Assembly (NCBI GenBank): GCA_001918745.1
Contig: MNGN01000053.1
Span: 2,435 to 66,434 of the forward strand
DNA: 64,000 nucleotides
Source of the DNA: Crenarchaeota archaeon 13_1_40CM_3_52_17
GTDB lineage: Archaea > Thermoproteota > Bathyarchaeia > 40CM-2-53-6
Direction: 5' to 3'
Below the pieces are notes generated by a model that saw nothing but the letters and a program-made list of their open reading frames with translations, had not been told where the DNA came from and made no database searches. Each line of letters starts with the position of its first letter. Positions within the stretch are counted from its first letter, which is position 1. Shown piece after piece: positions 58,828 to 64,000 of this stretch. The position numbers were made by a program, and so were the translations under genes.

Positions 58828-60034
58828 TCATGGGTTCTGCTGAGTCTTCGTCGAGTCGATTGTGGTATTTGCTTGTTGACTCAGCTTGCCTCCATCGACT
58901 TTGAGGATTAGGGTCGCGTTCTCCGGTTCCCGTTTCTCTAGCATCGCTTCACCTGGGGGCCTGTTGGGGCTGAACCTCAGCCCTCCCGCAGCTATATTCC
59001 TAGCCGCGTTCTCGTCCCTGTCTAGGATAGCACCACAGTGTGGACACCATAGTTGTCGCTGGGTGCTCTCTAGGGTCTTGTACCCGCATATTGAGCACCG
59101 CTTGGAAGTGTTCCTAGCAGAGACATGGACTATCTTCACACCTTCCCATCGTGCCTTGTATTCTATCTGTCGTTGCAGCTCTCCATAGCTCCAGCTGTTC
59201 ATTCTCGCCTGATAGTTTCCGCTCTGCCCATTATGCTTACGATAGAGTCTTCTAATCCCAGTTAGTTTCTCCATGACTATTCCATATCGTCTGGTCTTGG
59301 CCTCGTCAACTATTCTCTTGGATACGTTGTGGAGCATTGATTGAACACGGTTGCGCTGTCTCTCTCCATACTTGGAGAAGATTCGAGTTCTCATTCTAGT
59401 ATCGTTTCTCTTGAACCGGCTGTTGACAAACCGGTAGATCGATTTGATCCTGGTCGCTTTTGACAGGTCGAATGTTTTTGACCGTCCCGTCGGTTGTTGC
59501 GGCTGTCACATTGTCCAGGTTACGGTCAACACCAACGTATCCTTCCGGCTTGAGCTCAACTATCTCCTTCGAGTAGGATATGCTTAGCGAGTCGGTGGTC
59601 AGCGTGACCGAGTGAACATTGAGCCCAGAGAGGGTGCGTTGAGTGTGATTGTTGAGCTTGAGATGGACGTATTGTCTTGGTTTGACCGGAAGTCGGAGAA
59701 GATCGCCCTCTATCATGAACCCGTAGCATGTTTTCAGCATCAGCTTCTTAGCATATGGGCTAGCTGTTTGAGGATTCCTTTTCTTGGCCTTTTGATGGTT
59801 ATGGAGTATCCCTGTGGCCGTGCTGATCGCGCAGAGCCTATAGTAACTGAGGGTGTCACGATTGAGACGATGATACGATTTCAACGAGAGAGTCTTGAGA
59901 CTGGAAACATTCTCTTCCACTCCGATCGCGATGCAGACGTTCACCATACGTCTGAACTCATCCAAGAGCCGCAGGAGATCGGGCGATGCTTGATTTCTGT
60001 GTCTGACCGCTTTCACCGCTAGCACCTCGACCAC
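58828..60034 (-). pseudogene. tnpB: IS200/IS605-type TnpB split by one extra base
   Basis: RuvC motifs GVDRN, IVMEKL, DRDENAA and CSIC/CPHC; deleting one A of the A5 run at 59475-59479 joins the two ORFs (VKTFDLSKATRIK...DTRMRTRIF). Confidence 0.88.
58833..58985 (-). ncRNA. putative omega-RNA (reRNA) overlapping tnpB 3' end
   Basis: Nucleotide conservation with 41160-41261 and 62134-62270 beyond the RuvC-III motif. Confidence 0.55.
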
Positions 60035-60164
60035 GCCAGGATAATTGAATGTGGTTTCTAGTCAAACATTGCATAGAGGATGGCGAACTTAACTGGAGCC
60101 AGTTGTCATCCGGAGAGATTGAGAGTGAACTAGCACTCTCAATCCGACGAAGAGTTAGCAGAGC
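58834..60164 (-). mobile_element. tnpB-only element bounded by imperfect inverted 20-mers
   Basis: 58834-58853 vs 60145-60164 match 17/20 as inverted repeat; no tnpA. Confidence 0.65.
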
Positions 60165-60195
60165 GCGAGCCTAGCAAACATTATCTGCGGCGCGG

Positions 60196-60579
60196 TTGAG
60201 TTGTGCTCGATCGTTGTTGGCGGCGGCTCCGGGGTCACATCTGACTCTTGAACCCTCTGAGCCTCAGAAAACCCGCTCGATCTCACCTCCTACACTCGTG
60301 TACTGGACGCGTCTCGGGCTTGCCGTCTTGGCGGGAGTGCTGTACAACGCATTGGGTCTTAGTGGACCGAGCCTTTTGGAGGGGACGGCCTCTGCAATTA
60401 GTATGGGAATCGGAATCTATGCGATCTCTGTTTTCCTGGTCAAATACGTTTTCCGATATGGCCCGCCAGAATTGAAAGGGCCCAACAAGCACATCACCCT
60501 GGGAATTGGCAGCTATATTATCTGGTTCCTCTTCACGACGATTCTGTTGAACACGATCATTCACCCTGGTCCGTACTAG
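60196..60579 (+). CDS. small 3-TM membrane protein
   Basis: VYWTRLGLAVLAG, GIGSYIIWFLF; start uncertain. Confidence 0.65.
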   Translation: MSCARSLLAAAPGSHLTLEPSEPQKTRSISPPTLVYWTRLGLAVLAGVLYNALGLSGPSLLEGTASAISMGIGIYAISVFLVKYVFRYGPPELKGPNKHITLGIGSYIIWFLFTTILLNTIIHPGPY

Positions 60580-61030
60580 TTGTCGATTGGTCAAGGGTAG
60601 CTTGCTGGGGTGGAGCAGCCAGCGTAGGGAGTTGCTGGTTTTTCATGTCGGCTAGCAATGTGAAGTAGTCGTCTAGAGCTTTGAAGTACCCTCGATCGTA
60701 TTCGCCGTGCAGTTCGTTGGCGGCGAATTCAGAGAATTCTTTCTTGAGATTGTTGATAGCGTCTTCTGTTCTGTTGGCTAGGATTTTTGGTAGGAAGATG
60801 TACTTGTCATCGTTGTTGCGGTATGTGAGCATCAATCCTTCAAGGGCTTTGACGTATCCTCTTGACCATTGGGTGTTGTCCGATTTCTGTCGTATTACGT
60901 CGAGCTCTTTCTCTGCGTCGGTCCAGGCTCTTGCTTCTACGTGTTCGAGAAACTTGTTCACTGGGAGTTGCGGAATCATTTTCGGCCCTCGATTATCGAC
61001 GTCGTTTGGTCTCGTCTTCTTCTGAGACAT
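60557..61030 (-). CDS. hypothetical protein with internal GY.KAL repeat
   Basis: WSRGYVKALEG / YDRGYFKALDD; overlaps the radA 3' end. Confidence 0.65.
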   Translation of the reverse strand: MSQKKTRPNDVDNRGPKMIPQLPVNKFLEHVEARAWTDAEKELDVIRQKSDNTQWSRGYVKALEGLMLTYRNNDDKYIFLPKILANRTEDAINNLKKEFSEFAANELHGEYDRGYFKALDDYFTLLADMKNQQLPTLAAPPQQATLDQSTTSTDQGE

Positions 61031-61982
61031 CGACTATTCCTCCTTCTGTGACTTTGAAGATTCTTTCGCCCTCAGGCAGGTATGGGCTTGAGACAAGCCG
61101 TGCTATCCGTATGGGGCCGGTGGCAGCTCTGCGGAGGAATACTCTTGTGTGGCTTGTATGGGCTACGATGTGTCCGCCTACAGCGTCTACGGAGTTGGCG
61201 AAGAACTGGTCGGGTTTCGACATAACTTGGTTGGTGACTACGGCGACAGCGTTGAACCCGCGCGCGAGCCGGATAAGACGGTGCATGTGGTTGTTGAGAC
61301 GTTGTTGTCTCTCCGCGAGCATTTCTCTGCCGATGTATTCGCTTCTGAAGTGGGATGTTAGCGAGTCGATGATGATGAGGCGGATGTTGTTGTCTTTGAT
61401 GATTTGGTCTGCTTTCTCCAGGAGTAGTATCTGGTGGTCGGAGTTGTAAGCTTCTGAATAGATGATCTTCTGGGCCACGTCTGTGGCCTCCAGCCCTGCT
61501 GTATTTGCCATTCGCACGATCCATTCTGGACGGAATGTTTGTTCCGTGTCAAGGTACAGGGCTCCTCCATCCAGGCCACCTTTGTCAACTGGTAGTTGGA
61601 CGTTGATCGCTAGCTGGTGGCAGAGGATGGACTTGCCAACGCCATATTCCCCATAGAATTCTGTGATGGTCTGCGACTCGAGTCCACCGCCAATCAATCC
61701 GTCGACCGCTTTGCTCCCGGTTGTAAGGCGGCGCACGTTCGCTTTCATCTTCATGAGTTCGTCGGCTCTGACGAAGGAGAGCGAGATGCTGTCTCTGGCT
61801 TCTGCGATGATTTTTGCGGCTTGTTTCTCTCCTATTCCAGCGGGAACAAGTTCTCTCACTGTGGCTGTTGCTAAGCTCTCGATTGTGTGAAAGCCAAGTT
61901 CTTTCAGTTTCTCTACTGTTGATGGTCCGACGCCCGGTAGGTCTTCTACAACCTCGTATTTCCGGACGGCTTCCTGAGTCAT
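60993..61982 (-). CDS. radA: DNA repair and recombination protein RadA
   Basis: DLPGVG HhH, GEYGVGKS, DTEQTFRPE, DSLTSHFRSEYIGR, VTNQV, GGHIVAH. Confidence 0.97.
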   Translation of the reverse strand: MTQEAVRKYEVVEDLPGVGPSTVEKLKELGFHTIESLATATVRELVPAGIGEKQAAKIIAEARDSISLSFVRADELMKMKANVRRLTTGSKAVDGLIGGGLESQTITEFYGEYGVGKSILCHQLAINVQLPVDKGGLDGGALYLDTEQTFRPEWIVRMANTAGLEATDVAQKIIYSEAYNSDHQILLLEKADQIIKDNNIRLIIIDSLTSHFRSEYIGREMLAERQQRLNNHMHRLIRLARGFNAVAVVTNQVMSKPDQFFANSVDAVGGHIVAHTSHTRVFLRRAATGPIRIARLVSSPYLPEGERIFKVTEGGIVDVSEEDETKRRR

Positions 61983-62134
61983 TACAGTCTCACTCGATTA
62001 GTATGATATTGGAATCTGGTTCGAGATTATTTAAACTGCAAATTGGGAGCGGGTCTGATTTAGAGCTGAGACTGTTCCGAACCTAATGATGATCGGAGAG
62101 TCTAATGTACTTCCATTCCGGTTTCGCAGGTTAG

Positions 62135-62654
62135 GTTCTGTCAAGTCTTCAGTCGCTCAGTCGGAGCTTTTTCGAAGCTTGACTGGCCGTCATCGACTCC
62201 AGGGATTGCCATAGTCATTGGGTTCCCCTTCACTACTTCGTTTGACGGTCCCTTCAGGCCGAACCCCAGCCCTGCGGATAATATGTTCCGTGCAGCATTC
62301 ACGTCCCTATCAATAACAAGGCTGCACGTGGAGCATCGTAGCGTTCTGCTCTCCTTGGAGAACACCATTTGGTCTCCGCATGCCGAGCACTTGCTACTTG
62401 TTCCCTTCGGATTCACATGAAATACCGGGAGTCCATTCCAGGAGGCCTTGTAGGATAATTGCTTGTCTAGCTCATGATAACTCCAAGAGTTCAATTGGGC
62501 ACGATAGTATCTGGTCTGGCCGTTGCCCCTCCGGTAGAGGCGCCGTATCCCTGTAATCCTTTCCACAACGATCCCGCGGAATGCTTGCCATTGCTAATGA
62601 GTGGGACTGTCTGAGAAAGTGAGGACTCTCCAGCAACCGAGGAGTTGACAGAAC
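62135..62654 (-). mobile_element. tnpB: internally deleted tnpB element (C-terminal fragment 62141-62566)
   Basis: LNSWSY..L...LSYKA.W.G, CSAC/CSTC, DRDVNAARNI; inverted 18-mers at 62135-62152 and 62637-62654. Confidence 0.8.
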
Positions 62655-62710
62655 GGGTTACAACACCCTTAATGTGAGTTTTGTTGGTTGTGCTGTTGCG
62701 TTGAGGATTA

Positions 62711-63061
62711 TTGGGGGTTGAGGGAGAGGAGGCCCAACCCAGGAAGAGCAATAGCAGGAGGTACGTAGAAAATTTGTTGGGCTGGCCTAGCGAGGAGTCT
62801 ACAGGGGTCGGGGTCTACGAGACCGCTCTCCTTACCTCTCTGCTCGAGTACTTCATCGTGCTCTTCTTTGGTACATGGTTGATCGTGGAGTACTTTTACA
62901 ATGTATACGAGCAGCAGTACTTCGGCTCGTTTAATCCAGTCTTCCTGGTCGGTGTACTGATGGCCGCTTCAGCCTACGGATTCATGAGACTGGTTTCCAG
63001 TGTTAGGACTGGTTTGAGGCCAACTAGGCTGAAGAGAAAGAAGGTTGAGGATGATTATTGA
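62711..63061 (+). CDS. 2-TM membrane protein
   Basis: FFGTWLIVEYFYNVYEQQYF between hydrophobic helices; start uncertain. Confidence 0.6.
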   Translation: MGVEGEEAQPRKSNSRRYVENLLGWPSEESTGVGVYETALLTSLLEYFIVLFFGTWLIVEYFYNVYEQQYFGSFNPVFLVGVLMAASAYGFMRLVSSVRTGLRPTRLKRKKVEDDY

Positions 63062-64000
63062 TGAGGAAACTAGGCATAACCACGATCGCATCGTTCGCGG
63101 TGAACGTGATCTTGAGCCTCTGGCTTGTTAACCAGTACTTCTACGATGTATACTTCCACTCTTATGTTGACGCTACTCTCGGACCGGTCTATCCGTTCAT
63201 AGTTCTCACGGCAGGCCTCGGTGGCGGCTCTAGTCTCGGATATCTTCTCTTGAAGAGAAGACACGGAGGAGACGAGACCGGAAGACTAGAGAAGGCTAGA
63301 CTGTTCAAGTCGAGCGGGCCTGTACAGACGCCTGGAAGCCTCGCATCTCCTCAAGGCAAGATCATGCCGACCGGACCTCCTCCAGGTCAGGTTTCCCGGC
63401 ACACTGCATATGCTGTTCCGCCGTTGCCCAAGAGCTCGCCTTCTACAGGAGGTGGGACGCGCGGTACGGTTCCGTCCTCAATGGCCGTTTCCTCCAAGAA
63501 TGCTACCTCGATTTCGACATCTCAAAGACTGGACCAGATTACTCAGCCTTCGACTTCGATCTTGAACTCGACGCTGAGGGACCAGTACAGGCCGGAGCAA
63601 ACAGCAAGGCCTATGCCTTCTGTTCCTCCTCCGTCTGCGCCAGTTCGGGGCGAGGGTGGTGGTCCAGTGAATAGGATTCCGCCTGAGCCGTCGCGGATGA
63701 GTTTTCCATCGCAGTGGAAGCCTGAGCCAGATCAACCTGTCGAGCGGCGTCCGGACGCTGGAAACGTCTTTCCAAGGCCGAGCCCTGTTGACCAGAAGAC
63801 AGGGTCTGAATCTCCAGGTTTTGGTGGTCCTGTTGGGCAGGTTCCGAAGCCTCCGCAGGCGTCTCAGACTCCGTTTCCGGTCTCGAAATGGGTTGCTCCT
63901 GATCAACGGGGAAACCAGTGGACTGATCCAGTTCCCAAGCCAGGGCTTGCGGCTCCTCAGAAGTGGGCTCCTCCGCCGAGTCAAGGAGTTGGGCCTCGTC
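63061..64000 (+). CDS. 2-TM membrane protein with long Pro/Ser-rich tail, runs off window
   Basis: MRKLGITTIASFAVNVILSLWLVNQYFYDVYFHSYV...; no stop seen before the window end. Confidence 0.7.
   Translation, partial: MRKLGITTIASFAVNVILSLWLVNQYFYDVYFHSYVDATLGPVYPFIVLTAGLGGGSSLGYLLLKRRHGGDETGRLEKARLFKSSGPVQTPGSLASPQGKIMPTGPPPGQVSRHTAYAVPPLPKSSPSTGGGTRGTVPSSMAVSSKNATSISTSQRLDQITQPSTSILNSTLRDQYRPEQTARPMPSVPPPSAPVRGEGGGPVNRIPPEPSRMSFPSQWKPEPDQPVERRPDAGNVFPRPSPVDQKTGSESPGFGGPVGQVPKPPQASQTPFPVSKWVAPDQRGNQWTDPVPKPGLAAPQKWAPPPSQGVGPR

Overview
This is a gene-dense archaeal chromosome segment, shown by GatD/GatE, Elp3, RadA, NucS, Sm/Lsm, TrmI and the archaeal AroA'/AroB' route. A TACK/Bathyarchaeia-like lineage is my inference. 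It carries a ~16 kb minus-strand aspartate-to-chorismate-to-Trp/Tyr superoperon with no trpF, glmS, cofD-cofC plus an ECF S-component, purA, a DUF4331/Tat-peptide/ArsR/tatC-tatA-tatA cluster, etfBA/fixCX/acyl-CoA dehydrogenase, a non-oxidative pentose-phosphate operon with pyrG, pyrC, radA and three TnpB-derived elements. Top candidate system: the aspartokinase gene at the head of the superoperon and trpE each overlap a short uORF with the same architecture, ATG-GGN-NNN-NNN-CTT followed by an aromatic codon (CTT-TAC-TGG and CTT-TGG). In both, a +1 slip from CUU to UUU enters the enzyme's frame, and trpE has no ATG/GTG/TTG for about 254 codons. This suggests Tyr/Trp-starvation-sensing, prfB-like +1 frameshifting as a regulatory switch; the sequence pattern is direct, the mechanism is inferred. 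Other signals: TnpB elements bounded by inverted ~18-20 nt motifs, a ~12-nt periodic GAAAC array, possible Tat piggy-back export of DUF4331, and an in-frame gatD-TAG-gatE junction. I recognised no tRNA, rRNA or CRISPR array.
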